Shown here piece after piece: positions 8,217 through 18,933 of a stretch of 52,541 nt of DNA (the first letter of the stretch is position 1; each line of letters opens with the position of its first letter). The notes below the pieces were generated by a model, which made no database searches, was not told where the DNA came from, and worked only from the letters and a program-made list of their open reading frames with translations. This stretch comes from Candidatus Nealsonbacteria bacterium (lineage in GTDB: Bacteria; Patescibacteriota; Minisyncoccia; Minisyncoccales; DAOVPY01): assembly GCA_030628945.1 (NCBI GenBank), contig DAOVPY010000005.1:1-52541 (forward strand), written 5' to 3'. A program made the position numbers and the translations under genes.

Positions 8217-10709
8217 ATGCCTAAAAAATCTCAAAAAACAAACAAATCGGAAATCGGCTACATCAAGCCCAGGGAAATCACCGAGGAAATGAAAGAATCC
8301 TATATTGACTATGCTATGTCGGTGATTGTTTCCCGCGCCCTGCCCGATGTCCGCGACGGCTTGAAACCGGTCCACCGGAGAATTTTGTACACAATGCATG
8401 AAGACGGACTAATCCCGACGGCTAAATTCCGGAAATCCGCCTCGGTCACCGGAACAACACTCGCGAGGTACCATCCTCACGGCGACATCGCTGTATATGA
8501 TTCTCTGGTCCGCATGGCTCAGAATTTCTCTTTGCGATACCCTTTAATCAAGGGCCAGGGCAATTTCGGCTCAATTGACGGAGACCCGCCGGCCGCGCAA
8601 AGATACACAGAATGCAAACTCTCTAAAATCGGCGAGGAAACACTCAGAGACATCAGTAAAAATACTGTTAATTTTAAAGACAACTATGACAAAACAAGAA
8701 AAGAGCCGGTTGTCCTTCCTTCTCCCTTTCCCCAATTATTATTGAACGGAAGCTTGGGAATCGCGGTTGGTATGGCTACCAATATTCCTCCCCATAATTT
8801 GAGAGAGGTCTGCGACGCGGCTATTTATCTAATTGACAAACCCAAAGCAAATACCGAGGACCTCTTTCAGTTTATTAAAGGTCCGGACTTTCCGACAGGC
8901 GGCGAGATTTTTAACCAAAAAGAGATTATCGCTGCTTATTCGGTTGGCAAGGGACCCATAGTAACCAGAGGCAAAACCGAGGTAGTTGAAACAAAAACCG
9001 ACAAAAGACAAATCCTTATCACGGAAATTCCTTATCAAACCCAGAAGTCGGGGCTGGTAGAACAACTCGCCCGTCTGGTGCAGGAGAAAAAAATTATTGG
9101 CATTAAAGACATCAGGGACGAATCAGATAAAGACGGAATGCGAATTGCCATTGACCTCCAAAAAGACGCTTATCCTCAAAAAATCCTTAATCGCTTGTAT
9201 AAATTTACCGACCTTCAAAAAACTTTTCACCTCAATACCCTTGCTTTGGTGGACGGAATCCAGCCCCGGGTTTTATCTCTTGCCGAACTTTTGAGTTATT
9301 ATCTTTCTCACCGGCAAGAAGTTATCCGGCGGAGAACGAAATACGATTTAGAAAAAAACAAACAACGGGCGCATATTTTAAAAGGACTGCGAATATGCCT
9401 GGTAAAAATTGACGCGGTTATTAAAACCATTAAAAATTCCGCTAACAGGGAAGAAGCGCTGAAAAATTTAATCAAGCGATTCAAACTTACTCAAATCCAG
9501 GCAAACGCTATTCTGGAAACAAAACTTTCTGCCTTGGCTCAACTGGAAAGAAAAAAAATAGAGCAAGAACTCAAAGAAACTCTTGTCCGCATTAAAGAGC
9601 TCTCATTACTTTTAAAAAATCCTCAAAAAATAAAAGCGGTAATAAAAAAAGAGCTGAGCGACTTAAAACAAAAATTCGGGGATGAAAGAAAAACAAAAAT
9701 CCATATTCAAAAAATTGGAGAAATCTCCGAACAAGACCTGATTCCTCAGGAAGAAACCATTATCACCTTAACCAGGGGGGGATATATAAAACGGCTCAAT
9801 CCCGCAATCTATAAAAAACAAAAACGGGGCGGCAAGGGCCTGCTGGGTATGAAAACCATAGGCGAAGACATTGTGGAGCATTTTCTTGCCGCGCGCACTC
9901 ATGACAACTTGTTGTTTTTTACCGACTCCGGCAAGGTCTTTCAGGCGCCGGTTTATGAAATACCGGAAGCAAGCCGCGTCGCCAAGGGCAGGGGTCTTCT
10001 TAATTTCTTGGAAATTTCTTCCGAGGAAAAGGTTCTCGCGCTGATACCGTTAAGCAGGGACGACAAATCTCTGGGGAAAAACTATTTAGTAATGGCCACT
10101 AACAATGGTATAATAAAGAAAACCGTTTTGGAAGAATTTAAAAATGTGCGGCGAACAGGGCTGATTGCCATAAATCTCAAAAAACAAGATTTGCTGAAAA
10201 GCGTTAAATCCGCCAAGGAAGGCGATGAAATAATTTTAGCGACTAAAAAAGGACAGTCAATTCGGTTTGATGAAAAGGCGCTCAGGCCAATGGGAAGAAG
10301 CGCCGCCGGCAATATAGGAATACGGCTGAAAAAAGAAGACAAGGTAATCGGAATGGACATCATCTCTCTTCCTTTTCAAAAAAAGGAAGAGGGACAAAAA
10401 TTAGAAAAAAATTATTTATTGGTGGTGGCGGAAAATGGGTATGGGAAGAGAAGTGATTTGAAAGAGTATCGGGTTCAGGGCAGGGGAGGAACCGGAATTA
10501 AAACTGCCCGGATTGTTTCTAAAACCGGAAACTTGGTTGCTTCGCGGATTTTAAAAAAGGAAGAAGAAGATTTAATCGTTATTTCCCGCAAAGGCCAGGT
10601 TATCAGGCTGAAGCTCGCGTCTGTCCCGAAATTAGGAAGAGCAACCCAGGGAGTAAGAATTATGCGGCTGGACCCGGGAGACAAGGTAGCGTCTATCGCG
10701 TGCATCTAA
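8217..10709 (+). CDS. gyrA: DNA gyrase subunit A
   Basis: [29 protein letters not shown], GyrA box QKRGGKG. Confidence 0.98.
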   Translation: MPKKSQKTNKSEIGYIKPREITEEMKESYIDYAMSVIVSRALPDVRDGLKPVHRRILYTMHEDGLIPTAKFRKSASVTGTTLARYHPHGDIAVYDSLVRMAQNFSLRYPLIKGQGNFGSIDGDPPAAQRYTECKLSKIGEETLRDISKNTVNFKDNYDKTRKEPVVLPSPFPQLLLNGSLGIAVGMATNIPPHNLREVCDAAIYLIDKPKANTEDLFQFIKGPDFPTGGEIFNQKEIIAAYSVGKGPIVTRGKTEVVETKTDKRQILITEIPYQTQKSGLVEQLARLVQEKKIIGIKDIRDESDKDGMRIAIDLQKDAYPQKILNRLYKFTDLQKTFHLNTLALVDGIQPRVLSLAELLSYYLSHRQEVIRRRTKYDLEKNKQRAHILKGLRICLVKIDAVIKTIKNSANREEALKNLIKRFKLTQIQANAILETKLSALAQLERKKIEQELKETLVRIKELSLLLKNPQKIKAVIKKELSDLKQKFGDERKTKIHIQKIGEISEQDLIPQEETIITLTRGGYIKRLNPAIYKKQKRGGKGLLGMKTIGEDIVEHFLAARTHDNLLFFTDSGKVFQAPVYEIPEASRVAKGRGLLNFLEISSEEKVLALIPLSRDDKSLGKNYLVMATNNGIIKKTVLEEFKNVRRTGLIAINLKKQDLLKSVKSAKEGDEIILATKKGQSIRFDEKALRPMGRSAAGNIGIRLKKEDKVIGMDIISLPFQKKEEGQKLEKNYLLVVAENGYGKRSDLKEYRVQGRGGTGIKTARIVSKTGNLVASRILKKEEEDLIVISRKGQVIRLKLASVPKLGRATQGVRIMRLDPGDKVASIACI

Positions 10710-10727
10710 CGAAATTTTATAATTTAT

Positions 10728-11252
10728 ATGGAAGGATTCTTAAATATAGAAAAAAGCTTAGACGAACTTGAACTGCGGAAAGATATGTCTGCTGTTGATT
10801 TTGGCTGCGGTTCCGGCAACTGGGTTTTGCCTTTGGCTAAAAGATTGGAACACGGCAAGGTATTTGCAATTGATATATTGGAACAGCCATTGTCAGCGTT
10901 GAAAAGCAAAGCGCAAACAGAAAATCTTTTGAATGTTGAAACAATTTGTTCTAATATAGAGAAAGAAAATGGCTCAAAATTAGAAATGGCTTCTGTAAAT
11001 TTGGTTTTAATCACAAATCTCTTGTTTGAATGCGAGGATAAAAAAATTGTTTTTGAGGAAGCAAAAAGAGTTCTGAAAGACAGAGGCAAAGTCCTGGTGG
11101 TTGACTGGCGAAAAGACGCGCTTTTCGGGCCCGAAAGCGGAAGAGTTTCTGTTGAAGAAATCAAAAAAATCGCCCGGGGCGCTGGCTTGAAAATAGACAA
11201 AGAATTTGTTGCTGGCAAATACCATTACGGTCTGGTATTTGAAAAAGAATAA
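10728..11252 (+). CDS. Class I SAM-dependent methyltransferase
   Basis: VDFGCGSG motif I. Confidence 0.85.
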   Translation: MEGFLNIEKSLDELELRKDMSAVDFGCGSGNWVLPLAKRLEHGKVFAIDILEQPLSALKSKAQTENLLNVETICSNIEKENGSKLEMASVNLVLITNLLFECEDKKIVFEEAKRVLKDRGKVLVVDWRKDALFGPESGRVSVEEIKKIARGAGLKIDKEFVAGKYHYGLVFEKE

Positions 11253-11277
11253 AAAAAGTGTTAAAATTATAAATACA

Positions 11278-11637
11278 ATGAACAAAAAATTTTTATACAT
11301 TTTTTTAATATTAATAATGGGAATAGCTGTTTTTGCTCCGGCAGATAGCAACGCTAATGGAACTTGCCCTCCGGGCGCGGTTTGTATTGAAAATCCTCTT
11401 ATAGCGGATACTTTTGAGGAATTGATTGATAATATCATTACTTTCATATTTATTTTTGCTTTGGCTTTTGCGCCGTTGATGTTCATTATCGCGGGATTTT
11501 TCTTCATCACTGCCGCGGGCGACCCCAAGAAAATCCAGACCGCTCAAACCATGATTTGGTACACCTTGGTTGGCTTAGCCATTGTGATACTGGCTAAAGG
11601 AATCATCAAAGTAATACAAGATGTGCTGGGAGGATAA
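11278..11637 (+). CDS. Pilin-like membrane protein (TrbC/VirB2-like)
   Basis: Signal-like N-terminus, ENPL, ITAAGDPKKIQTA, two TM helices. Confidence 0.75.
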   Translation: MNKKFLYIFLILIMGIAVFAPADSNANGTCPPGAVCIENPLIADTFEELIDNIITFIFIFALAFAPLMFIIAGFFFITAAGDPKKIQTAQTMIWYTLVGLAIVILAKGIIKVIQDVLGG

Positions 11638-11705
11638 AAGAAGTATAAAGTGTAAAGTGTAAAATAACAATGTAAAATTAAAAAAGGTCGAATTCTAAAA
11701 AATTC

Positions 11706-11763
11706 ACCCTGTTAAATAATTTCGTCTTTGGCGAAATTGCCGCAAAGCGGCATTTAACAGGGT
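11706..11763. repeat. Family A element, intergenic between the two pilin-like genes
   Basis: ACCCTGTTAAATAATTTCGTCTTTGGCGAAATTGCCGCAAAGCGGCATTTAACAGGGT; 56/58 identical to the tsaD copy. Confidence 0.92.
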
Positions 11764-11774
11764 AAAAATTCATT

Positions 11775-12089
11775 ATGAAAAAAATTTTAGCAGCAATGCT
11801 TTTAACCGGTTTTCTGGCAATGCCGGCAATAGGATTGGCCGTTAGCACGGCTCCCAACGTAAATATAACAACCGCGCTTAATAATGTAACGAACTGGGCA
11901 TTCGGCCTTATATTGGTGGTTGCGGCAATGTTTATGATTTTTGGCGCTTTCACTTATATCACTGCCAGCGGGGACCCGGAAAAAATCAAAACCGCGCACA
12001 ATTCTATTATGTACGCGTTGATCGGAGTGGCAGTTGCGGTTATGGCAAGAGGATTAGTAACATTGGTTCAAAAAATGTTGGGAGTATAA
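11775..12089 (+). CDS. Pilin-like membrane protein (TrbC/VirB2-like)
   Basis: YITASGDPEKIKTA...YALIGVAV; paralogous to the upstream gene. Confidence 0.78.
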   Translation: MKKILAAMLLTGFLAMPAIGLAVSTAPNVNITTALNNVTNWAFGLILVVAAMFMIFGAFTYITASGDPEKIKTAHNSIMYALIGVAVAVMARGLVTLVQKMLGV

Positions 12090-12124
12090 TTTCTGGAAAA
12101 CGAACATTAAATTAAAACTTCTGT

Positions 12125-12161
12125 AAAAAATCAATCCCGTTTTTAGCGGGATTGATTTTTT
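12125..12161 (+). terminator. Intrinsic terminator
   Basis: AAAAAATCAATCCCG...CGGGATTGATTTTTT. Confidence 0.7.
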
Positions 12162-12189
12162 ATATGAAAAAGATAAAATAGAATAAAAT

Positions 12190-12271
12190 GCCGAGGTGGC
12201 GGAATTGGCAGACGCGCATGGTTTAGGACCATGTGTCGCAAGACATGAGAGTTCAAATCTCTCCCTCGGCA
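12190..12271 (+). tRNA. tRNA-Leu(TAG)
   Basis: Cloverleaf, CATGG-TTTAGGA-CCATG anticodon arm, long variable arm, TTCAAAT T-loop. Confidence 0.95.
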
Positions 12272-12274
12272 CAT

Positions 12275-13852
12275 ATGAATAAACGAAATATCCTCGGTAT
12301 TATTTTTTTGTTTTTTATTTTAATCGGTCTCGGCTATTTTGCGAGTTCCAAAACGCTTGACCCGGATTTCGGCTGGCATTTACGGACCGGCTCTTTAATT
12401 TTAGAAAGAGGAGTTCCAAAAATAGATTGGTATTCTTATACTATGCCGAATTTCCCCTGGATTGACCATGAATGGCTCACTGATATAGTAATTTACAAAA
12501 TTCATTCTCTTTTGGGCATTCAAGCCGTTTTATTGTTCTTTTTAATTCTAACCAGTTTGGCTTTTGTTCTTCTGATAAAAACGCGGTCTCTCTGGTATTT
12601 TTTCCTGCCTGTTTTACTTGGTTATTGGGCCTGTTTGGGTTTCCTTGGTATCCGTCCTCAACTCTTAACCATCTTGTTTATCGCCATTTTGTGGAAAATT
12701 TTAAGAGAATTCTTAGATTCCGGCTCGCGATTAATTTATCTCTGCCCTGTCTTGTTTATTATCTGGGTTAACCTTCATGGCGGCTTTTTGGCCGGCCTTT
12801 TTCTTTTAGCCCTGATATTAATTTTAGAACTTTTCAAAAAATCCAATTTCTCTAAAAAAATTATCTCCTGGCATTTTTTAAAACAACAAAATTTTCAAGA
12901 ACATTCATGGAGACAAATTTCAATTTTGTTCGCCCTCTTGATTCTTTCGTTTTTGGCCACCTTCATTAATCCATATGGTTTGCGAATTTATGAGGAGGTT
13001 TTTCGAACAATTGGAGATTCATTTCTAAGATTTCATATTGCTGAATGGCTGCCCTTATTCTTAGGCGGTTCTTTGCCTGTTCTTATAATTTCATATATAA
13101 GTTTATTTTGGGGGCTCTTCCTTGTTTTTCGGAAAAAAATAGATTTTACTTATTCTATTCTCCTGCTGGTATTTTTTCTTTTTGCATTGTCTAATCAACG
13201 GCATTTTTTTATTTTTGTTATATTATCTATCCCAATCTTCGCTGAGCTGATTTTTTACTTATGGAAAGCGGCTGACCCGGCGGCTCTTAAATCCTTATTC
13301 AAAGGATTTAAAAAATGTCTTATCTTTTGTATTCTTCTTGGAATTTTAGCCGTTGTCTGGTATTCTATCCCGCAAAATGAAAACTGCTCTCTTGTCTACC
13401 CGGAAAAAGCCCTGTGTTTTTTAAAAACCCTGCCTCTTTCAGAAAATTTATTAAATGAATATGCCTGGGGCGGCTATCTAATTTGGCAATTACCGGAAAG
13501 AAAACTCTTTATTGACGGCAGGATGCCAAGTTGGCGGCAAAATACACAGTTCGTCTTCAACGACTACGTCAAAATTATGGATGCCGAAGAAAATTTTCAA
13601 GAACTTTTAGAAAAATATGAAATTCAAATAGCGCTTTTAGACAAAAATAAAAAAACAGAAGCCGAGAAAAAACGCGGATTAAAAACAAACAATAATCTCT
13701 CGCGATTCTTGACAGAACATAAATGGCTGTCTAAATTTTTCGGACTTGAACCTCCTCGTAACAATATCTATCAAGAACTAATGAATTTGGGCTGGAAAAT
13801 CATTTATGAAGATGAAACAGCTATTATTTTAAAACGACAAAATAATGATTAA
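12275..13852 (+). CDS. Polytopic membrane protein, probable GT-C glycosyltransferase
   Basis: DPDFGWHLRTG, WVNLHGGF, INPYG, FIDGR; many TM helices. Confidence 0.7.
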   Translation: MNKRNILGIIFLFFILIGLGYFASSKTLDPDFGWHLRTGSLILERGVPKIDWYSYTMPNFPWIDHEWLTDIVIYKIHSLLGIQAVLLFFLILTSLAFVLLIKTRSLWYFFLPVLLGYWACLGFLGIRPQLLTILFIAILWKILREFLDSGSRLIYLCPVLFIIWVNLHGGFLAGLFLLALILILELFKKSNFSKKIISWHFLKQQNFQEHSWRQISILFALLILSFLATFINPYGLRIYEEVFRTIGDSFLRFHIAEWLPLFLGGSLPVLIISYISLFWGLFLVFRKKIDFTYSILLLVFFLFALSNQRHFFIFVILSIPIFAELIFYLWKAADPAALKSLFKGFKKCLIFCILLGILAVVWYSIPQNENCSLVYPEKALCFLKTLPLSENLLNEYAWGGYLIWQLPERKLFIDGRMPSWRQNTQFVFNDYVKIMDAEENFQELLEKYEIQIALLDKNKKTEAEKKRGLKTNNNLSRFLTEHKWLSKFFGLEPPRNNIYQELMNLGWKIIYEDETAIILKRQNND

Positions 13853-15476
13853 AATTGCTTTTCAGGAATGGAAATTTGTTGGTTTAATGGGAGTAATCCT
13901 TATTTTACTAACTTTTCTGCCAATTATTATAGGGCAAATAGCGACCCCTTCGGACAGCGTCTTTTTAGGCAGGCAAACGCTCAACTCTCCGGACCTGTCG
14001 GTTTATTATTCTTCAATTGAGCAAGTCAAAAGCGGCCATTATCTCTTCAAAAATTTTTTTACTTCCGAGCCCCACTCTTATTTCATCTTTGACCCCTTTT
14101 GGCTAATAATCGGACTTTTCGCCAAAATTTTTTCTCTTTCCAGTTTCTTAGCTTATCAAATAAGCCGATTTTTATTAATCCCGATTCTCCTTGTTGCCGC
14201 TTATTATCTAATCGCTTTCTTTTTTCAGGAAAAAATCAAGCGGAAAATTTGTTTTATCTTTTTATTATTTTCTTCGGGCATGGGATGGCTTTATGGTTTT
14301 TCTTTAAAAAATTTCCCGGAAATACCAACGGATCTTTGGGTGCCAGAAGCCTTCTTCTTTTTAAGCTGTTATAACTCTCCCCACTTTATTGTCTCTTTGA
14401 CTTTAATTATTTTAATTTTCCTGCTCTCCCTTTTATCCTTTGAAAGATACCGCCCCGTCTACAGTTTGGCGGCGGGTTTTTGCGTTTTATTCCTTTCTTT
14501 ATTCCACCCCTACCACCTGCCAACAATCTTTGGCGTCCTCTTGGTTTTTATTATTATCTGTTTCCTCAAAGAAAAAAAGATAAATTTCAATTACTTGAAA
14601 TATTATTTTATTCTGCTGCTTTTTGCCTTGCCGGCTGTTTTTTACCATTTTTGGCTTCTTCAAAATTTCTGGGTTCGGCAGCAGCATTTCTTTCAAAACA
14701 TCTGTCTTACTCCCTCTCTTTTGATGGTTTTACTTGGCTATGGCTTCTTATCTATTTTTGCTTTAATAGGCGCCTATATCTTAATCATCAAAAAAGTAAA
14801 AAGCCAAAAAGACATTTTTTTGCTTTCCTGGCTTGGAATTCAATTCTTCTTAATTTATTTCCCTTTTGCTTTTCAGAGACGGCTTCTTGAGGGCTTACAA
14901 ATACCTTTGGTGATTTTAGCTGTTTTTGGTTTGTTTTTTTTAAAAGATTACTTAAAAGAAAAACCTATTTTCCGGAAATATTTCTTTTCCAAAGACAATC
15001 TCCTTCGCAAAATTTTCTTTCTTTGGCTTTTTCTTATCTGTTTTTTCGGTTCCAACTTAACAATTCTGCTTAATGATTTGTCTTTATATCTAAAGGACAA
15101 CTCTCGGATTTATCTTAAAAAAGAAGAGCAGAAAGCAATGTTGTGGCTCAAAAATAATACTCCCGAAGAAAGCGCAATCCTTTCTTCACTTGAAAATGGC
15201 AACTTAATAGCCGCTATTTCCCTAAGACAAGTTTATTTAGGCCACCTGCACCAAACCGCCCAATCCTCAAAAAAAAAGGAGGGGATAGAACGCTTTTTTA
15301 AAAAAAGCAATGACGCCGAAAAAATATTTTTTTTGAAAGAAAACGGAATTGATTATCTATATTTCGCAGAAGAGGAAAAAAATCAGGCCTTGTTCAGCCC
15401 AGGGGAAAAAGAATATCTAAAAAAGGTCTATGGCAATAATGAGGCAACAATTTACCAATATCGGGATAATCAGTAA
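13845..15476 (+). CDS. Polytopic membrane protein, probable GT-C-like
   Basis: Many TM helices, FHPYH, C-terminal WLKNNTPEESAILS domain; overlaps the upstream stop. Confidence 0.65.
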   Translation: MIKIAFQEWKFVGLMGVILILLTFLPIIIGQIATPSDSVFLGRQTLNSPDLSVYYSSIEQVKSGHYLFKNFFTSEPHSYFIFDPFWLIIGLFAKIFSLSSFLAYQISRFLLIPILLVAAYYLIAFFFQEKIKRKICFIFLLFSSGMGWLYGFSLKNFPEIPTDLWVPEAFFFLSCYNSPHFIVSLTLIILIFLLSLLSFERYRPVYSLAAGFCVLFLSLFHPYHLPTIFGVLLVFIIICFLKEKKINFNYLKYYFILLLFALPAVFYHFWLLQNFWVRQQHFFQNICLTPSLLMVLLGYGFLSIFALIGAYILIIKKVKSQKDIFLLSWLGIQFFLIYFPFAFQRRLLEGLQIPLVILAVFGLFFLKDYLKEKPIFRKYFFSKDNLLRKIFFLWLFLICFFGSNLTILLNDLSLYLKDNSRIYLKKEEQKAMLWLKNNTPEESAILSSLENGNLIAAISLRQVYLGHLHQTAQSSKKKEGIERFFKKSNDAEKIFFLKENGIDYLYFAEEEKNQALFSPGEKEYLKKVYGNNEATIYQYRDNQ

Positions 15477-15478
15477 TT

Positions 15479-15532
15479 CAAAATATCCATTACAAAATCT
15501 CGCGATCGCGAGATTTTGTAATGGATATTTTG
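15479..15532. repeat. 54-bp perfect palindrome between convergent genes
   Basis: CAAAATATCCATTACAAAATCTCGCGA|TCGCGAGATTTTGTAATGGATATTTTG. Confidence 0.9.
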
Positions 15533-15545
15533 TTTTTCGTCTATT

Positions 15546-16007
15546 TTATTCTTCGTCTTTTATAACGATTTTTTGATTTTTTTTCTTTTTGATTTTGGGT
15601 ATGGTCAAGGTCAAAACGCCATCTTTCACTTTTGCCTCAATTTTGGACGCGTCAACTTCTTCAGGCAAAATAAGCTGCCTGGAAAAAAGCCCCCAAAAGC
15701 ATTCCCGGTAAAAATACTTGCTCTCTTCGTTTTCAGCCGGCTTTTTTCTGCCGCCCCTTATGGTCAACACGCCATTTTCAATAGAAATATCTAAATCTTT
15801 CGCCTTAACGCCGGCAATAAAGGACTGGACCACCAAACTTTCCTCTGTTTCATAAACATCAATTGATAATTCTCCCTCGCTTGTCCCCGCGCCATAACAA
15901 GTTTCTCGTTTGGTGCTGGGGCTTGTTTGTTTCAGGGGCCGCTCTGTCTCTTGAACTTCTTTCTCTTTATTGTTTGTATTCTTTTTTAATTTATTTAAGA
16001 AAGACAT
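15546..16007 (-). CDS. Hsp20/alpha-crystallin small heat-shock protein
   Basis: IDVYET, GVLTIRG, RECFWGLFSRQLILP, DGVLTLTIPK. Confidence 0.92.
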   Translation of the reverse strand: MSFLNKLKKNTNNKEKEVQETERPLKQTSPSTKRETCYGAGTSEGELSIDVYETEESLVVQSFIAGVKAKDLDISIENGVLTIRGGRKKPAENEESKYFYRECFWGLFSRQLILPEEVDASKIEAKVKDGVLTLTIPKIKKKKNQKIVIKDEE

Positions 16008-16020
16008 AATATTGATAAAA

Positions 16021-16089
16021 TTTCTAATTTCTAATTTCTAATTTCTAATTGAAAATTAAAGAATTGAAAATTCATTGAAAATTGAAAAT
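16021..16089. repeat. 7-mer tandem tract
   Basis: (TTTCTAA)4 followed by TTGAAAA units. Confidence 0.85.
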
Positions 16090-16805
16090 TATTTAAGCTG
16101 GCAGGTACTTTTTATTGTTTTCAAATTCTTGAAACCGTAAGAGACAAAAAGAGCCAGCGAGATTAAGATGATAATCGGTATTGCGAATTTTAATCCTCCC
16201 TCTACTCTCATTATAGAAAAATCATACAATCCATGCAAGAACACGGCTATCCCCAGCCCAATCATTGTGAGCCGAATTCGCTTTTTCGTTTCAAAAAAAG
16301 AAAGAGCTAAAAAATAACCCAGCGCGCCCGAACAAAGAGCGTGCAAAAAGGTTGCTCCGATAAACCGCGAAGCGCAGAGCAAAGAGGTCTCAAGAAAGAG
16401 AAACGGAGAACTCCAAGGAAATAAAACCAAAATATTCTCCAGGGCGGCGAAACCCAAAGCTACAATAATCATATAAAGCATCACGTCTGACGGCTCATCA
16501 AACTCTGAATTCATTATTACCTTGCCTTTTATCACTAAATATTTAAAAATTTCTTCCACAAAAGCCACGCCTAAAAACCAATATAAAATTGAAACGAGTA
16601 GCGGCGAAAAATAAAGAGGCAATTTATTCAGCTCTCCTAAAATTCCTAATTCTATCAAGGCGACCGGCATAGTAATTAATATCCCCCAAAAAAAGATTTT
16701 CAAAATCATCCAGTTTGATTCTGGATGCGCGTCCTTGCGGAGATAGAATAAAAGCCAGATAGCGCTCGGGATAACCCCGGAAATAACATAAATTAAGTAG
16801 GCCAT
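16089..16805 (-). CDS. prsW: PrsW family intramembrane metalloprotease
   Basis: VEEIFK, GFAALEN, HALCSG, LHGLYD. Confidence 0.9.
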   Translation of the reverse strand: MAYLIYVISGVIPSAIWLLFYLRKDAHPESNWMILKIFFWGILITMPVALIELGILGELNKLPLYFSPLLVSILYWFLGVAFVEEIFKYLVIKGKVIMNSEFDEPSDVMLYMIIVALGFAALENILVLFPWSSPFLFLETSLLCASRFIGATFLHALCSGALGYFLALSFFETKKRIRLTMIGLGIAVFLHGLYDFSIMRVEGGLKFAIPIIILISLALFVSYGFKNLKTIKSTCQLK

Positions 16806-16812
16806 TATCTAT

Positions 16813-16854
16813 AGTTTTTAGTTTTTAGTTTTTAGTTTTTAGTTTTTAGTTTTT
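16813..16854. repeat. (AGTTTTT)6 tract supplying the valS stop codon
   Basis: Six perfect 7-mers. Confidence 0.9.
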
Positions 16855-18933
16855 CAAAACCGGCCAATCTTCAACCATTAAACATTTCTTTTTGTTTTTT
16901 ACTGGTAATTTTTGATAGATTTCTTCGGTAATAAACGGCATAAACGGGTGTAAAAGTTCCAAGGAGCTGAGAAGAACATAAAAAAGAATTTTTTGGGTTT
17001 CTTTGCTATCCTGCTTTTTCGTTTCTTCAATGTAGACATCGCAGAAATCGCGCCAAAAAAAACCATAAAGTTCTCGCGCTACTCGGCCAAATTGAAATTT
17101 TTCCAAATCCTTATCCACTGACTTGATTGTTTTGTCTAACGCCTTCAAAATTTTCTTATCAGCGTTAGTCAAGTTTTGAGTTTTAAGTTGTGGCTTTGCG
17201 CTTTGCGCTTTGCGCTTTGCGCTCTCGGTTTGTCCCAAGACAAACCGAGAGGCGTTCCACACTTTATTGCAAAACTTCTTTCCCATCTTGATATTGTCTT
17301 CCACAAACCGAATATCCTGGCTACCGGTCGCCTGCCAGATTATTCCAAATCGTGTAGCGTCTGTCCCATATTTTTCAATGAGATCTATCGGATCTATGCC
17401 CGTGCCCAATGATTTTGACATTCTTTTTCCTTCCTTATTCAATACCGTGGCGTGGATATAAACATCTTGAAACGGTTCTTTTTTCATAAATTCCGCGCCG
17501 GAAAAAATCATTCTCCCCACCCAAAGATTAATAATATCCCTGGCAGTGCTTAAAACATTAGTAGGATAAAAGGTTTTCAAATCTTTTGTTTTTTTGGGCC
17601 AGCCAAGACAGGCAAACGGCCAAAGCGCTGACGAAAACCAGGTATCCAAAACATCTATCTCGCCTTTTAAGGGAATTCTGTGCCCCCACCAGATTTGGCG
17701 AGAAATACACCAATCCCTCACATTCTTTAACCATTTAAAATAAACTTTTTCCCATTTTTTCGGATGAAATCTTACTTTATTGGTTTTTACCGCTTTAATC
17801 GCTAATTTTGCCAATTTATCCGTTTTCAAAAACCATTGCTGAGAAGGAATTAATTCCAAAGTTTTTCCGCATCTGTAGCATTTAGGAATTTGATGGATAT
17901 AATCTTCAATTTTCTCCATAAAACCGAGATTTTCCAAATCCTGGATTATTTTTTCCCGGGCGTCTGTTACTTTTAATCCCTGATATGTCCGGGGCGCTTG
18001 TTCATTTAATCTGCCTGTTTCGTCTATCACCTGAATACTTTTTAATCCTTGCCGCAAACTGATTTCATAATCAGTCAGGTCGTGGCTGGGAGTCACCTTT
18101 ACCGCGCCTGTCCCGAATTTCGGGTCTACTATCCGGTCGGCAATAATGGGAATTTCTCGGCGCGATAATGGTAAAACAACTTTCTGCCCAACTAATTTTT
18201 TATATCTTTTATCATTTGGATTTACAGCCACCGCTGTATCGCCGAGCATGGTTTCGGGCCGTGTTGTCGCCACCACAATATAGGTTTTAGTTTTCAGGTG
18301 ATAGGTTTTAGATAAAGGATAACGAATATACCACAAATGCCCTTTTTCTTCCTTATATTCTATTTCTAAATCAGACAAGCTTGTTCGGCATCTCACACAC
18401 CAGTTAACCACTCTCTTCCCTCTATAAATCCAGTGTTTTTTGTAATAATATAAAAATGCCTTTTTTACCGCTTCTGTATATTCTTTGTCTAAAGTAAATC
18501 TGGTTCTTGACCAATCACAGGAACTTCCCATTTTTTTAAGCTGGTCCAGGATAATATTTCCGTATTTTTCTTTCCATTCCCAAATTTTTTCAATAAATTT
18601 TTCCCTGCCAAGGTCAAAACGGGTCAAGCCCTGTTTTTTTAGTTCTTTTTCAACGACATATTGAGCCACGATTCCGGCGTGGTCAATACCCGGAACCAAA
18701 AGCGTTTTGTATCCCTGAAGCCGTTTCCAGCGAATTAAAATGTCCTGAATTGTGGCGTTTAAGGCGTGCCCCATATGAAGCGCGCCTGTAATATTGGGAA
18801 GGGGAATAACAATACAATAGGGTTTTTTATGCCGTTTTGGAAGTTTATCAGGATTAAAATAACCGCTTTTTTCCCAAAAGCGATAAATTCTGTTTTCAAC
18901 TTGTTTTGGATTGTAAGTTTTAGATAATTCCAT
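16846..18933 (-). CDS. valS: Valine--tRNA ligase, lacking the C-terminal coiled coil
   Basis: HMGH, ATTRPETMLGD, DWCISRQIWWGH, DTWFSSALWP, RMSKS. Confidence 0.97.
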   Translation of the reverse strand: MELSKTYNPKQVENRIYRFWEKSGYFNPDKLPKRHKKPYCIVIPLPNITGALHMGHALNATIQDILIRWKRLQGYKTLLVPGIDHAGIVAQYVVEKELKKQGLTRFDLGREKFIEKIWEWKEKYGNIILDQLKKMGSSCDWSRTRFTLDKEYTEAVKKAFLYYYKKHWIYRGKRVVNWCVRCRTSLSDLEIEYKEEKGHLWYIRYPLSKTYHLKTKTYIVVATTRPETMLGDTAVAVNPNDKRYKKLVGQKVVLPLSRREIPIIADRIVDPKFGTGAVKVTPSHDLTDYEISLRQGLKSIQVIDETGRLNEQAPRTYQGLKVTDAREKIIQDLENLGFMEKIEDYIHQIPKCYRCGKTLELIPSQQWFLKTDKLAKLAIKAVKTNKVRFHPKKWEKVYFKWLKNVRDWCISRQIWWGHRIPLKGEIDVLDTWFSSALWPFACLGWPKKTKDLKTFYPTNVLSTARDIINLWVGRMIFSGAEFMKKEPFQDVYIHATVLNKEGKRMSKSLGTGIDPIDLIEKYGTDATRFGIIWQATGSQDIRFVEDNIKMGKKFCNKVWNASRFVLGQTESAKRKAQSAKPQLKTQNLTNADKKILKALDKTIKSVDKDLEKFQFGRVARELYGFFWRDFCDVYIEETKKQDSKETQKILFYVLLSSLELLHPFMPFITEEIYQKLPVKNKKKCLMVEDWPVLKN

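Noticed and set aside
11678-11953. Antisense ORF containing YPVKCRFAAISPKTKLFNRV
   Set aside because: Shadow of the pilin gene read through the open frame of the family A element; no independent support
12233-12274. ORF-track starts inside tRNA-Leu (12233) and tRNA-Glu (20130)
   Set aside because: They overlap tRNAs; downstream ATGs at 12275 and 20193 used instead
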